A stretch of 64,000 bases of DNA. Source: Methanothrix sp. Lineage in GTDB: Archaea > Halobacteriota > Methanosarcinia > Methanotrichales > Methanotrichaceae. Positions within the stretch are counted from its first letter, which is position 1; every line of letters starts with the position of its first letter. Shown here in pieces: positions 20,164-31,050 of this stretch. The stretch spans positions 40,945 to 104,944 of the forward strand of contig JBAXWY010000005.1 of assembly GCA_037128175.1 (NCBI GenBank), given 5' to 3'. The notes beneath the pieces are model-generated. The model was not told the DNA's origin, did not search any database, and saw only the letters and a program-made list of their open reading frames with translations. Position numbers and translations under genes: made by a program.

Positions 20164-20970
20164 CTATTCCCTATCCATCTCCCTCATCCCTGCCATGGCA
20201 CTCGCCAGCATCACCGGTCCGTCGAACCCTCCCCTGGCCCGGCTGGAGTCCACGAAGACCTTGTCCATCAGCACCGGCGCGCCGTAGGACGAAGCCCCAC
20301 ATAATAGTAATAGCGTTCGGAAGATGAGGTTGCCGCAAATGCCATCGGGTGCGATGACGATGTCGTCTCCCCGGCAGCTCTCAATCAGTATCCCTTTGTG
20401 CTTCGTCGCCAGGCCCGCCTCCTGGGCCCGGGCTGCGATCAGCTCGCCTTCCAGAAGACTTCGGTCCACGCGCTCGCACCGGCCCATGTCCTCCATCCGC
20501 CCGCCCGAGAGCACGGCCCCCTTTGCCGCCAGGTCCATGCCCTGCAGGAATTTCGCTCCTCCCAGCAAGAGCTCCAGCCGGTCCGACACAGTTTCGCCCT
20601 CATCGATGCCCACCGGCCCCAGCAGGAAGGCCCAGCCGGACAGCTCCAGCAGGGCCAGACGCCGCACGCGGATCTGAAACTGCTCTGCAACGGCCCGCAT
20701 GGTCCTTCCTGCTGGCAGGTTTCCCCTCACCGCCCCATCAATCTCGCCCTCGGCCAAAAGGCGCACCAGCTCCTTCCAGGGCTCTTTGCAGGCGACATAA
20801 TCGAGAGCACAGTCGCAGCAGGGATCGCCTACCAGGAGCAGATCGGCATATTTCGTGGCTGACTGGAGGGAAGCGATCAGCTCTGCATCTGCATTCCAGA
20901 TGCCAATGCCGATGCGGGCGTGCCTGGATCTGGCCTTTTCCTGTAGTGAGCGCACAAAGTTAGAGTCCAT
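20164..20970 (-). CDS. mtxX: Methanogenesis marker protein 4 / MtxX
   Basis: IDGAVRG, LGPVGIDEG, LSGGR.ED.GR..RVD.SL, APDGICGNLIFRTL, FVDSSR. Confidence 0.88.
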   Translation of the reverse strand: MDSNFVRSLQEKARSRHARIGIGIWNADAELIASLQSATKYADLLLVGDPCCDCALDYVACKEPWKELVRLLAEGEIDGAVRGNLPAGRTMRAVAEQFQIRVRRLALLELSGWAFLLGPVGIDEGETVSDRLELLLGGAKFLQGMDLAAKGAVLSGGRMEDMGRCERVDRSLLEGELIAARAQEAGLATKHKGILIESCRGDDIVIAPDGICGNLIFRTLLLLCGASSYGAPVLMDKVFVDSSRARGGFDGPVMLASAMAGMREMDRE

Positions 20971-20971
20971 A

Positions 20972-21934
20972 TCAGTGAATTCCGGTTACGCACTCCTTTT
21001 CCAGATCGAAAAGGACAATCTCTTCCGACCCCTGACGAATGACGAGCTTCCTATCCTCCGTCACCCGGCCGATCACCCTTGCCGTCAGGCCGCGCCTTTC
21101 GAACACCTCTAAGACCGCCTCTGCATTCTCAGGTTTAGCGGTTACGACAAAGCCCATTCCGGGATACATCTTCAGCCAGCTTGCCAGATCCAGGCCCGCG
21201 GGAACTGGAATTGCTTCTACATCCACAACGGCGCCCACCCGGCTTGTTTCCAGCAGCATGCCCAGGGTCCCCAGCAGTCCCGGATTGCTGATATCTTTTC
21301 CGGCCTTAACCAGCCTCCTCTCGCCCAGCTCCTGCATACTTCCTAGCTGCATGAGCAGAGTCTTGCTGTCCTTGAAGCTGGTGGAGTCGAAGTTTATAGC
21401 GAATTTGGGATGGGGCCGGCCATCCATATCCGCAGCCGCTACTACTACCTCGCCCGCCCTGGCCGTACTGCTTAGAATGACGCCGCTCTTTTTGGCCTTG
21501 CCAAGGATTGCCACGTCTAGAGCGCTGTAAGGCGTGTCCGGATGCAGGTGGCCGCCGATAATGGGCACATGAAACTTCTCAATTGCGGTCTTCATGCCTC
21601 GCAGGACTTTTTCCATAATCTCCTGGTTGTCCACGGAGAGCACATCCACCATGGCCACCGGCCAGCCGCCCATGGCCGCGATATCGTGCACATTGACCAG
21701 AACGGAACAGTAGCCGGACCACTCCGGATCGACCTCCATGAGCTTGGACCAGATGCCGTCCGCAGCCAGGAGCATGACCTCCTCTCCATCGTCAATAACT
21801 GCCGCATCCTCACCAAAGGAGGCGATGATACGCTCTGACTCTATGGGAAAGAATTGCATGAGGCTACCTATCTGCTTTTTGCGAGTGATGCCTACAAATC
21901 CTCGCAGCTGGGATGCCAGAGACTCCAGATTCAT
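20972..21934 (-). CDS. Methanogenesis marker protein 2 (AIR synthase-like)
   Basis: FVGITRK, FGEDAAVI, LAADGIW, VNVHDIAAMGG, GGHLHPD, KDISNPGLLGTLGMLLE. Confidence 0.9.
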   Translation of the reverse strand: MNLESLASQLRGFVGITRKKQIGSLMQFFPIESERIIASFGEDAAVIDDGEEVMLLAADGIWSKLMEVDPEWSGYCSVLVNVHDIAAMGGWPVAMVDVLSVDNQEIMEKVLRGMKTAIEKFHVPIIGGHLHPDTPYSALDVAILGKAKKSGVILSSTARAGEVVVAAADMDGRPHPKFAINFDSTSFKDSKTLLMQLGSMQELGERRLVKAGKDISNPGLLGTLGMLLETSRVGAVVDVEAIPVPAGLDLASWLKMYPGMGFVVTAKPENAEAVLEVFERRGLTARVIGRVTEDRKLVIRQGSEEIVLFDLEKECVTGIH

Positions 21935-22398
21935 TGCAGAATCTTGCGGCTTTGATCAAAAATAGATGACGCTTTGAGGGGCCGCAAGGTTCTTAAACTC
22001 CCGGCTAAGAATGAAAAGTCCCGCGTTCTGGGGAGAATAATCTCTGCAGGGGAAAACTCCAGTGGAAAAATGTCACAAAGAATTTTTTAAAGTTTCTATA
22101 GCTATTGAAAATCTGCGACTGAATAAATAATAATAATAAATGAATCTAGCTTTATTGCCTGCAAACGATATATGTTGTGGCATCGCCACACGCGAAGCCG
22201 AGGGGTTGGAAGGTAATATATTCTAGTAAGTTGGCACAAAAAAGTATCAAGCGCCATCTTATCGTCAATGAGGTCCCGTTTTAATATGGTCCTTTAAAGT
22301 AGAGAAAAACAGCACTCATTTTCCAACATGCAGAATAACTGCCCTTCGAAAGCATTATGATCTTATGAGACACTGAGGGAGACTGGGGTTGGTTAATT

Positions 22399-22824
22399 AT
22401 GATCAGGGAGTTCAAACAAGGTCGCATTTTTCTTGCCAGGCTCGACCATGGTGCGGATATCATCAGCCAGATCACCAATCTGGCAGAGGAGAATGGAATT
22501 GAGACGGGCGCTTTGAGCGCTATCGGTGCCCTCTCGCGGGCGGAACTTGGCTACTACGATCAGCTTTCTCACGAGTACGGCACGTTTTTCCTGGAAGAGC
22601 CCGTGGAATTGGCCTCATGCTCCGGAAATATATCCATGCGGGACGTTCGGCCCTTTGTGCATGCTCATGCCGTTCTATCGGACAGGACGGGAAGGACCTG
22701 GGGCGGCCACCTGACCTCTGGCACCATCTTTGCCGCCGAGCTTTTTTTGCAGGAGCTTTCCGGCCTGCCCCTGAAAAGAGTCCCTGATTCTATCACAGGC
22801 CTTAACCTCTGGGGAAAAGAATAA
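22399..22824 (+). CDS. PPC domain (DUF296) protein
   Basis: [19 protein letters not shown]...[14 protein letters not shown]. Confidence 0.9.
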   Translation: MIREFKQGRIFLARLDHGADIISQITNLAEENGIETGALSAIGALSRAELGYYDQLSHEYGTFFLEEPVELASCSGNISMRDVRPFVHAHAVLSDRTGRTWGGHLTSGTIFAAELFLQELSGLPLKRVPDSITGLNLWGKE

Positions 22825-22858
22825 TGAACGGAAAAGAAGTGGAAGACAAAGAGTCGAA

Positions 22859-25800
22859 ATGAAGAATTCCGAATACTTCGAGCATTTACAACTGGGTCTT
22901 AAAAACGCCATGGACATAGCCCAGGCCGCACGTAGCCAGGGATTGGACCCCAGCACCGAGGTGGAGATACCGCTGGCCGTGGACCTGGCGGAAAGAGTGG
23001 AGAAGCTGATAGGCATTCCCGGCATTGCTGTACGTATTCGGGAGCTGGAAGAGAATGGCATGAGCCGGGAAGAAGCAGCTCTGGCCATTGGTATTGATTT
23101 CGCGGAAGGGCGTCTGGGAAAAGGCGCCACCAAGATCCAGTCCGTGGAAAACGCCATCCGTACATCGGTTGCCCTGCTAACCGAGGGCGTGGTGGCAGCG
23201 CCCATTGAAGGAATCGCTCGCGTGGACCTGGGGAAAAACGATGATGGAACAGAATATCTCAAGGTCTACTACGCCGGTCCCATTCGTTCCGCGGGCGGAA
23301 CCGCCCAGGCACTCTCCGTTCTCGTGGCCGATTATGTGAGAAGGGCTGTGGGCATCTCTCCCTGGAAACCAAGGCCCGAAGAGGTGGAGCGCTATGTTGA
23401 GGAGATCGGCCTTTACAAACGCGTGGCTGGCCTCCAGTATTCCCCCTCGGACGACGAGATTAGAATCATTGTGCGTAACTGCCCCATCTGCATCGAGGGC
23501 GAGCCCACCGAGGAGGAGGAGGTCTCAGGATACCGCGACCTTCCCAGAATCGAGACCAATCGCGTGCGGGGCGGCATCGCTCTGGTCTCAGCGGAGGGTA
23601 TCGCCCTGAAGAGGCCCAAGCTCAAGAAGCATGTCGTAAAACTGGGCATCACCGGCTGGGAGTGGCTCGATTCTCTGGCCAGTGGCAAAAAGGACGGCGG
23701 AGACTCATCCCCCAAGTTTTTGCGAGACCTGATTGCCGGGCGTCCCGTATTTTCTCATCCCTCCCGGCCAGGCGGCTTTCGGCTGCGTTATGGGCGGGCC
23801 AGAAATACGGGCCTCGCTGCCGCCGGCGTCAATCCCGCCAGCATGCTGCTTTTGGGTCAGTTCATGGCTGCCGGAACCCAGATCAAGGTGGAGCAGCCGG
23901 GAAAAGCAGCGGCAGTGGCTCCCGTCAGTTCCATCGAGGGGCCGACGGTGAGGCTATTAAACGGCGATGTGGTTCGCTTCGATTCCGATACGGATATCCT
24001 GGAATGGATGCCCAAAAGCTGCAAGGATCCCAGGACCATTCATGCGGCGCTTAAATCCCGCGTCTCCAATATTTTAGACATAGGCGAAATTTTAATCAGC
24101 TACGGTGAGTTCCTGGAGAACAACCGGTCCCTGGCTCCTGCCTCTTATGTCTTTGAGTGGTGGGCAGAGGAGCTATTGAAAGCGGGCGGGGACCCCGCCG
24201 GCAAAGAGAAGATCAGCGGACAGGAAGCCATAACTTTATCCCGAGAATACGGCGTGCCCCTGCACCCGGCTCATACCTATCTCTGGCATGATCTTTCTAT
24301 GCCGGAGTTTGAGAGTCTTGTCTCTCTGGTATTCTCAGAAGGCCGCCTTGAATCCGGGACCCTCAGGCTTCCCTTGCCTGCCAAGGAATCCCTGGAGACG
24401 CTGCTGGTCCTCCATAAGGTTAGAGTGGGGGAAATAATCATCGAAGATCCGTTGCCTCTCTTGCTCTGCCTGGGTTTGGAGCCGGATGGCGCGGGCCTGA
24501 AAAAATGCAGTCTTCAGACGGCTCTGGAGTGTATCGGAGATGAAAAGTCGGAAGGCGATGATGCAGACGCAGAAAAGAAGGAATCCTCTGCGCTGGACGC
24601 TGTCAACAGACTCAGCGGCCTGGTTGTTCGCGCCCGGGCTCCCACGCGCATCGGTGCTCGCATGGGCCGGCCCGAGAAATCGGATAAAAGGCTGATGCGC
24701 CCGCCGCCGCACGTTCTCTTTCCGGCTGGAGAAGAAGGCGGCAAATCAAGGTCCATTCAAGAGGCTGCCAAGCACTCCACAAGCAATACCACCGGCATCA
24801 TCAATGTGGAGATCGAGCGGAGAATATGCAAAGACTGCGGTAAGGTGGGCTTTGCCTTCCGTTGCGAGTGCGGCGGCCATACAGAAAAAAAGAGAGCCTG
24901 CCCCAAATGCAACATTCCCGCCCCGGATAAGTGCCCCAAATGCGGTAAGGATACGACGGCCGTTGCCAAGATGCAGATCGACGTAAAGAAGCTGTATCAC
25001 CAGGCGCTGGAGCGTTTGGGCGAGCGCGAGCCGGAGTCGCTCAAGGGCGTCCTCGGCCTCTCCTCCCGGGATAAGACACCCGAGCCTCTGGAGAAAGGCA
25101 TACTGCGTGCCAAGCATGGCATAAACATTTTCAAAGACGGCACGGTGAGGTACGATCTCACCGATCTGCCTCTCACTCATTTCCGCTCGGATGAGATCGG
25201 CACCAGCCCGGAGATTTTGTGCAGTTTGGGCTACACAGAGGACATGCACGGCCGACCGCTGTCAGAAGCGGATCAGGTCTGCGAGCTACGCGTGCAGGAC
25301 ATCATTTTAGCCGGGGATGCCGGGGAATATCTCCTTAAAGTGGCCAAGTTCGTGGATGAGCTTCTCGTCAAGTTCTACGGCCTTGCGCCTTACTACAATG
25401 CATTGACTCCGGCGGACCTGATCGGCACTCTCATGGTGGGCCTGGCGCCGCACACCTCGGCGGGGGTGCTCTGCCGCCTCATCGGCTACAGCACGGCATC
25501 AGCCGGCTTTGGCCATCCCTTCTTTCATGCCGCCAAGCGGCGCAACTGCGACGGGGATGAGGACTGCGTGATGCTGCTCATGGATGCGCTGCTTAACTTT
25601 TCCATGTCCTATCTTCCTGCCAAACGGGGAGGGAAGATGGACGCCTGCCTGGTCATGACCACCATTCTCAATCCTTCCGAGGTTGACAAAGAGGCCCATA
25701 ACCTCGATGTGACACGCGTCTACCCTCTGGAGTTTTATGAGGCCACATTGCTGGGGACAAACCCCAAAGACCTGGAGGCGAAATTTGATCTGGTCTCCAA

Positions 25801-26299
25801 GCGGCTGGGTACTGATGCCCAGTACGAGGGCTTCAATTTCAGTCACAGTACCACGGATATAGCCGCCGGCCCCAAGTACAGCGCCTACAAGACCCTGGAG
25901 ACCATGGTGGACAAGATGGATGCCCAGCTGGAGCTGGCGCGCATGATCCGGGCAGTGGATGCGCAGGATGTTGCCGAGCGGGTCATCAACTCTCACTTTC
26001 TGCCCGATCTGATCGGCAATCTGCATGCCTTCTCCAAGCAGAAGGTGAGGTGTGTGAAGTGCGGGGCCAAATTCCGGCGTCCTCCCTTGAAAGAGACCTG
26101 TCCCAAGTGCGGCGGCAGGATAATCCTCACGGTGCATGAGGGCAGCGTTCGCAAATATCTGGAAGTCTCCATTAAGGTGGCCGAGGAGTACGGCGTAAGC
26201 AGCTACACCAAGCAGAGGCTGCAGCTTTTGAAGATTGAGATCAACTCCCTCTTCAAGAATGACAAGGCCAAACAGACGGGCTTGGCTGATTTCATGTAA
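22859..26299 (+). CDS. polC: DNA polymerase D large subunit DP2
   Basis: [42 protein letters not shown] catalytic motif, C-terminal Zn finger and PIP box; no intein. Confidence 0.97.
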   Translation: MKNSEYFEHLQLGLKNAMDIAQAARSQGLDPSTEVEIPLAVDLAERVEKLIGIPGIAVRIRELEENGMSREEAALAIGIDFAEGRLGKGATKIQSVENAIRTSVALLTEGVVAAPIEGIARVDLGKNDDGTEYLKVYYAGPIRSAGGTAQALSVLVADYVRRAVGISPWKPRPEEVERYVEEIGLYKRVAGLQYSPSDDEIRIIVRNCPICIEGEPTEEEEVSGYRDLPRIETNRVRGGIALVSAEGIALKRPKLKKHVVKLGITGWEWLDSLASGKKDGGDSSPKFLRDLIAGRPVFSHPSRPGGFRLRYGRARNTGLAAAGVNPASMLLLGQFMAAGTQIKVEQPGKAAAVAPVSSIEGPTVRLLNGDVVRFDSDTDILEWMPKSCKDPRTIHAALKSRVSNILDIGEILISYGEFLENNRSLAPASYVFEWWAEELLKAGGDPAGKEKISGQEAITLSREYGVPLHPAHTYLWHDLSMPEFESLVSLVFSEGRLESGTLRLPLPAKESLETLLVLHKVRVGEIIIEDPLPLLLCLGLEPDGAGLKKCSLQTALECIGDEKSEGDDADAEKKESSALDAVNRLSGLVVRARAPTRIGARMGRPEKSDKRLMRPPPHVLFPAGEEGGKSRSIQEAAKHSTSNTTGIINVEIERRICKDCGKVGFAFRCECGGHTEKKRACPKCNIPAPDKCPKCGKDTTAVAKMQIDVKKLYHQALERLGEREPESLKGVLGLSSRDKTPEPLEKGILRAKHGINIFKDGTVRYDLTDLPLTHFRSDEIGTSPEILCSLGYTEDMHGRPLSEADQVCELRVQDIILAGDAGEYLLKVAKFVDELLVKFYGLAPYYNALTPADLIGTLMVGLAPHTSAGVLCRLIGYSTASAGFGHPFFHAAKRRNCDGDEDCVMLLMDALLNFSMSYLPAKRGGKMDACLVMTTILNPSEVDKEAHNLDVTRVYPLEFYEATLLGTNPKDLEAKFDLVSKRLGTDAQYEGFNFSHSTTDIAAGPKYSAYKTLETMVDKMDAQLELARMIRAVDAQDVAERVINSHFLPDLIGNLHAFSKQKVRCVKCGAKFRRPPLKETCPKCGGRIILTVHEGSVRKYLEVSIKVAEEYGVSSYTKQRLQLLKIEINSLFKNDKAKQTGLADFM

Positions 26300-26377
26300 A
26301 CTGAAACTAAAACTGAATCTAAAAATTTAAATATGAATGGCATAGATAGATTACGGAAATGAAGGGGATGAGAGTTT

Positions 26378-27196
26378 ATGCTTAGAAGGGGGATAATACT
26401 TTTGCTGCTGGCGACACTGCTCGCCGGCAATGCGCTCTGCAATGCAGAGGAAAATGTGACCACCATTACGGCCTCAGAGGATGTTTACATCAGCATGGGA
26501 GAGAATAAAGTAACCGTATACAATCAAAGCGAGATGCTCCTATGTGCCGTCGATGTGACCGGCAATCAGGCCGAAATGGTTCGTTATCCAGGCGCTCCTG
26601 TAATTCAGTTTGATATTTCCGGCCTTAATATCACAGATAACGATGTTGCGATTCTGGTGCTTAAAGCCGCATCCATGCAGAAGCAAAAAGATCCTGTCAT
26701 GGTGGCATTGATGTCCATCGATTCCGATTGGGATGAAAGCTCGGATTACACCACATTTCTGGTCAATATCCTGCCTGCCTGGAATATCATCAAGAAGAAT
26801 GATGCCACTGCCATGAGCAGCAACACCGATGGCGATAGCGTCTTCGCATTTGATGTCTCCCAAAAGCTGAGGGATGCCAGGGCAAAAGGAGACAAAATAT
26901 CCTTCCTCCTGGAGGCGATCAGCAACAGCAGCGCGGAGATTTCTTTCCTGCCACGGGAGAGCGGCCAGGGACCATGCCTGATGATCATGCCCTACCCGGC
27001 ATCAACGCCGGAGGTAGCCGTGCAGCCAGATTTAGCATTGAATTCGAGCTTGCAGACCGATCAGACCTCGGTTCTTCCCGAAAACATCAACCAAACAGCA
27101 CAGCAGACAGACACGCCAACCGATTTGCAGATAATCCTGGCTGGCAAAAAGGTTCCCGTGGCTGGCAGATTGCTGAGCAACCAGAGTATTGAATAA
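26378..27196 (+). CDS. Secreted hypothetical protein (DNRLRE/CBM96-like beta domain)
   Basis: Signal peptide; ASEDVYI..IQFDISGL..FDVSQ..F.PRESGQGPCL pattern. Confidence 0.6.
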   Translation: MLRRGIILLLLATLLAGNALCNAEENVTTITASEDVYISMGENKVTVYNQSEMLLCAVDVTGNQAEMVRYPGAPVIQFDISGLNITDNDVAILVLKAASMQKQKDPVMVALMSIDSDWDESSDYTTFLVNILPAWNIIKKNDATAMSSNTDGDSVFAFDVSQKLRDARAKGDKISFLLEAISNSSAEISFLPRESGQGPCLMIMPYPASTPEVAVQPDLALNSSLQTDQTSVLPENINQTAQQTDTPTDLQIILAGKKVPVAGRLLSNQSIE

Positions 27197-27252
27197 GCAA
27201 TGATCCGAACTTGGGATTCCGGCTATTTCGAGCGGGTAATAGAATAATCGAG

Positions 27253-27294
27253 TCCTCTGTGATTCCTTTGTGCGCTCTGTGTCTGCGGTGGTGG
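27253..27294 (-). repeat. Inverted CACAGAG-rich repeat fragment
   Basis: cctctgtg..tgtgcgctctgtgtctgcggtggtgg, inverted relative to 27341-27385. Confidence 0.65.
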
Positions 27295-27306
27295 TAGTAC
27301 CGTCAG

Positions 27307-27430
27307 CCATTTGGTTATAACCAGTGGCTAACGACTATTCCACCACAGAGACACCACAGCTCACAGATAACGCACAGAGACGAACTAACAACTGGAAAAC
27401 CATAGTAACTAGAAATAGCGAAGAGCCAAA
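27307..27430 (+). mobile_element. MITE-like dispersed element, copy A (inverted copy at 32919-33051)
   Basis: ccatttgg.t.aaccag..ctaacgac..caccacagagacac..gctcacaga..acgcacagagacgaactaa.aactggaaa...gaaatagcgaagagccaaa shared with the reverse complement of 32919-33051. Confidence 0.75.
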
Positions 27431-27493
27431 AATGGCATGCACAATTGCTGGCCACAAGAGGAAAATAGCCCAAATGATCAAGGAAATAATCTA

Positions 27494-28480
27494 ATGGACT
27501 TCTTTTCCCATGCATTGCTGGCCTATATCCTGGGCAGCTTTCTTTGTCTGGATAAAAAGCTTCTCGCAGCCCTGGTGCTGGGCGGCATCGCTCCAGACCT
27601 GGATATTCTCATCTCCTGGATCAATAACGTCTATCCGACCTCTCTTCTCCTGGTGCACAGAGGAATCACCCATACTATTTTCTTTGGATTTTTTTTCGCT
27701 CTGCTTATTTTATATCTCGCCTCTCGGGAGCAGATTAAGAGTTTTCTTGCCCGGTTCATCAAATTCGATCTCGACTTTTCCGCTACCAGCATGGCCTTTG
27801 TCTATGCCGGAGTTCTCCTCCACCTCTTTGTGGACTATACAACGACGAGAGGCGTTCCTCTCTTCTATCCCTGGCAGGCAGTCAGGTATTCGGCCAACAT
27901 TTTTTCCCAGATCGAGCCGATTATGCTGATCGCCAGCCTCCTGGTTTTGGCCGTGCTGGTAAGGGAAAGGCACCTGATAAAGTTTAATAAAAATCTGTTT
28001 ATGGTATTCTTGCTCTTTTTCTTGATCGTGGGCGGGATAAGAATTGAAGGGAAAGCGGCTGCGGGTGGGTTTTTTAACGGCCAGAACGTAGAAATCTACC
28101 CGGATTCCAATCTCTTCTCGTGGGCAGTTTTGGAGAACGACAGCGACCAGTTCCTGGTTTATGGGTATGACTCGCTTATGGGAAAAGCCACCAGCAGCTC
28201 GGCCTTTGCCAAAATGACCGTGGCCTCCAGCATCACGCAGGCGAAAATAGCCATAGGTGCCGCCGAAAATCTGCCTCAAGTCAAGCTCTTTCGCTGGAGA
28301 GCTTATGCCGTGGCCATAAATGCCTCTTCTCAGAACGGCTCCTGGGAAATTGACTACTACGATCCACTGGTCAGGGCGCAGATGGCCAATTCTGGGCGCT
28401 TCTTCTGGCCGGCACTGAAGGGCTACGGATCGGTTCGGGTAAGGGTGGAGGACGGGGTGGCGAGGATTCTTGAATCGTAG
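27494..28480 (+). CDS. Membrane-bound metal-dependent hydrolase (YdjM/DUF457 family)
   Basis: MDFFSH, APDLD, HRGITHT, HLFVD..T..GVPLFYP. Confidence 0.88.
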   Translation: MDFFSHALLAYILGSFLCLDKKLLAALVLGGIAPDLDILISWINNVYPTSLLLVHRGITHTIFFGFFFALLILYLASREQIKSFLARFIKFDLDFSATSMAFVYAGVLLHLFVDYTTTRGVPLFYPWQAVRYSANIFSQIEPIMLIASLLVLAVLVRERHLIKFNKNLFMVFLLFFLIVGGIRIEGKAAAGGFFNGQNVEIYPDSNLFSWAVLENDSDQFLVYGYDSLMGKATSSSAFAKMTVASSITQAKIAIGAAENLPQVKLFRWRAYAVAINASSQNGSWEIDYYDPLVRAQMANSGRFFWPALKGYGSVRVRVEDGVARILES

Positions 28481-28586
28481 ATGGCATGGGGAATCGCATC
28501 ATTAGCAAATCAAATGATAAGGAGATAAAGCAGGTCATGTCCTGTTATTTTATACTCCTCATCGTGTACCTCTTTGGCCCTGGGAA

Positions 28587-30743
28587 TTACAGCTCTTTTG
28601 CTTTGGCGAAGATATCATTGGCTTCAGTGGTCCTTCCGAGGGCATTTAGAGCGTTGCCTTTGTTATTCCAGGCATCGGCACAATTTGGATCTAGCCGGAT
28701 GGCCTCATCGTAATATTTGATGGCATCGGCATAGTTACCCTGGTCATAGAGAGCAATTCCCTTTTTATTCCAAGGCCACGCAAATTTCTGATCTAATTCG
28801 ATAGATCTATCGTAGGCTTTAATGGCTTCATCATATTCACCTAGCTTATGAAGGGCTGCCCCTTTGTAACTCCAAATCATCGACAACTCTTCTGGATCTA
28901 GCTTGATAGCGTTATCGTAGGATTTAATGGCTTCATCATAATTGCCAAGTTCATAGAGAGCGTAACCCTTATTGAACCAAGGCCATGCAAACTTAGGATC
29001 GAGTTCAATGGCCTTATCATAGACTTTTATAGATCCAATGTAATTGCCTTGAGTCGCAAGAGCAGATCCTTTTTTATTCCAGGCTGTTGCATCTTTGGGA
29101 TCAAGCTCGATCATTTTATCATATGCTTTGATAGCACCATCATATTGATCCAGATGAAAAAGAGCGTCGCCTTTATTGTTCCAAGCATCGATAAACTTGG
29201 GATCTAGCCTGACAGCCTCGTCATAAGCCTGAACTGCCTCATCATATCTATTTAGGTTGGCTAAAGCCCAACCCTTATTATTCCAGGCCCAAGCAAACTT
29301 CGGTCTTATCTTGATAGCATTGTTATAGGCTTGAATAGCTTCATCGTACTTTTCAATATTTACCATAACTATGCCTTTGCCATTCCAAGCATCGGAATAC
29401 TTAGGTTTTATCTCAATAGCCTTATCAAAAGCCGCTATTGCATCTTCAAACTTATTTAATCCATTCAACGCAAATGCTTTATTGCACCAGGCATCTGCAG
29501 ACCTGGGATGTATCAATATAATTTTGTCGTAACATGAAATTGCTTCTTCATGCTTCATAAGCTCTGCCAGGGTCACTCCTTTGTTGATCCATCCCAATTT
29601 AATCTTTGGATCTATTTCAATAATCTTATCATAACAGGAGACTGCCTCATCATATTTTTCTTGATCAAAGAAGGTATTTCCTTTCTTGAGCCACGCACTC
29701 GCTTCTCTGGATTTTGCACTTCTTGTTCCAAGTCTAGATTTATCTTCCACTTTAGATATATCTCTCTCCTTAATATCGTTAAATTCTTGGGCTATCTTTG
29801 AGGGAGCAATAGAAAAACCTAGATCTTCGACGTTTATTTGGCTGATCTTATCAGTTATTTTTAATGCAGACTCAAATCTTGTATCATAACCTCTACTAAT
29901 TACGAGTCCACACACAGGATTGCCTTTGGCGATTCTATCTTGTACCCATCCCATGTAGTTGGAGATCTGTCCAAATGTGTTTTGACCGGCTCGGACGTTT
30001 TTCAACTCAATTACTGTGTATCTTTTTAACGTTTTATCATGGCAAAGTAAATCGATACGGCCGCCATTACCTTTGCAAATTAACTGCCTACCAGATTGAT
30101 TCGTAGTATTATCAATATATAATTCCAGATCGTAACCAAATTTTTTTAGTACCTTCAGGTCAGTAGCTAATGCATCTTCAAGTTCTTTCTCTAATTCAAT
30201 GCTTTTTGCCAGGGGTTCCTTTTGGAGATTCTCGATAAACTCTTGATATCCAGGATTATTTGATGCAAGCAATTGATTCAACTTATTCCAATATTCGGAT
30301 GATATTTTGAAATTTCTTCTTTGAAAACTGCATCTAAGAGGGCCCCATTCTTCAAAATAGGGATTTGTACGAAGATCTTTTACATGAATAGGGTGTTCAA
30401 ATTTATATAGCACTTCATAATCACAGCCATAATCCCATCCATGTTCATTATCATCCACAATGGAATACGCGTCACTTTCTGCCTGTATCATATAGCCAAT
30501 ATCCTTCTTTGGCGAGGTCCTCCATAAGAGAACAAGGTCTCCTTCCTTAGTCCCTTTGTTACAGGTCCACCAGCCATCTGAAGCAACTCCGCTGTTAGGA
30601 TCGAGGTCTTCTCGATCATTACCATCTTCATCTAGGTAATAATCAGGGCGGGTTACCCAGAGCCAGTATTGGCGAGCATTAGGTTCTAACATTTCTTCCT
30701 CCTTAGGTCTCCACTCTTCATCATGCTTTAATGTTTCCTTCAA
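28587..30743 (-). CDS. EVE domain + NucS-like PD-(D/E)XK endonuclease + TPR-repeat protein
   Basis: N-terminal YWLWVTRPDYY...WWTC..KEGDLVLLW (EVE/PUA-like), central LEKELED...GRIDLL...VIELK...GQI..YM (DUF91/NucS-like), then about 11 TPRs (AWNNKG..L..L..YDEA). Confidence 0.75.
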   Translation of the reverse strand: MKETLKHDEEWRPKEEEMLEPNARQYWLWVTRPDYYLDEDGNDREDLDPNSGVASDGWWTCNKGTKEGDLVLLWRTSPKKDIGYMIQAESDAYSIVDDNEHGWDYGCDYEVLYKFEHPIHVKDLRTNPYFEEWGPLRCSFQRRNFKISSEYWNKLNQLLASNNPGYQEFIENLQKEPLAKSIELEKELEDALATDLKVLKKFGYDLELYIDNTTNQSGRQLICKGNGGRIDLLCHDKTLKRYTVIELKNVRAGQNTFGQISNYMGWVQDRIAKGNPVCGLVISRGYDTRFESALKITDKISQINVEDLGFSIAPSKIAQEFNDIKERDISKVEDKSRLGTRSAKSREASAWLKKGNTFFDQEKYDEAVSCYDKIIEIDPKIKLGWINKGVTLAELMKHEEAISCYDKIILIHPRSADAWCNKAFALNGLNKFEDAIAAFDKAIEIKPKYSDAWNGKGIVMVNIEKYDEAIQAYNNAIKIRPKFAWAWNNKGWALANLNRYDEAVQAYDEAVRLDPKFIDAWNNKGDALFHLDQYDGAIKAYDKMIELDPKDATAWNKKGSALATQGNYIGSIKVYDKAIELDPKFAWPWFNKGYALYELGNYDEAIKSYDNAIKLDPEELSMIWSYKGAALHKLGEYDEAIKAYDRSIELDQKFAWPWNKKGIALYDQGNYADAIKYYDEAIRLDPNCADAWNNKGNALNALGRTTEANDIFAKAKEL

Positions 30744-31050
30744 CTATTTTGATTTCTGTATAGTCCCAAAGGTTTCGGGATCATGAGGAAGGACTGATAA
30801 GAAAAACATCATCGTCTCCTAGACAGGCGGCTAGGGACAGCTGCCTCTCCTGCATTTCACCAACCAGAAGAAGACCGGCTCGCATGAGCTCAACCCCGTC
30901 CTCATCCGGGCTCAAGCCCAGGCCCCCGGCCTTCCCCACTTGCAGCGGTATTTCCGCACCTAATAGTAATAGTAGTAGTAATTCAAGAAAGCTGTCTTGG
31001 AGCTGCCCGGCGAGTTTCACTTCCGGGTTCACGATACCGCTCAAAAATAT

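Noticed and set aside
22859-26299. Possible intein in PolD DP2
   Set aside because: The RRNCDGDED region is uninterrupted and the length (1146 aa) is that of intein-free DP2.
27253-27430. Possible CRISPR array or tRNA in the CACAGAG repeats
   Set aside because: No constant-length repeat/unique-spacer periodicity, no cloverleaf and no cas genes.
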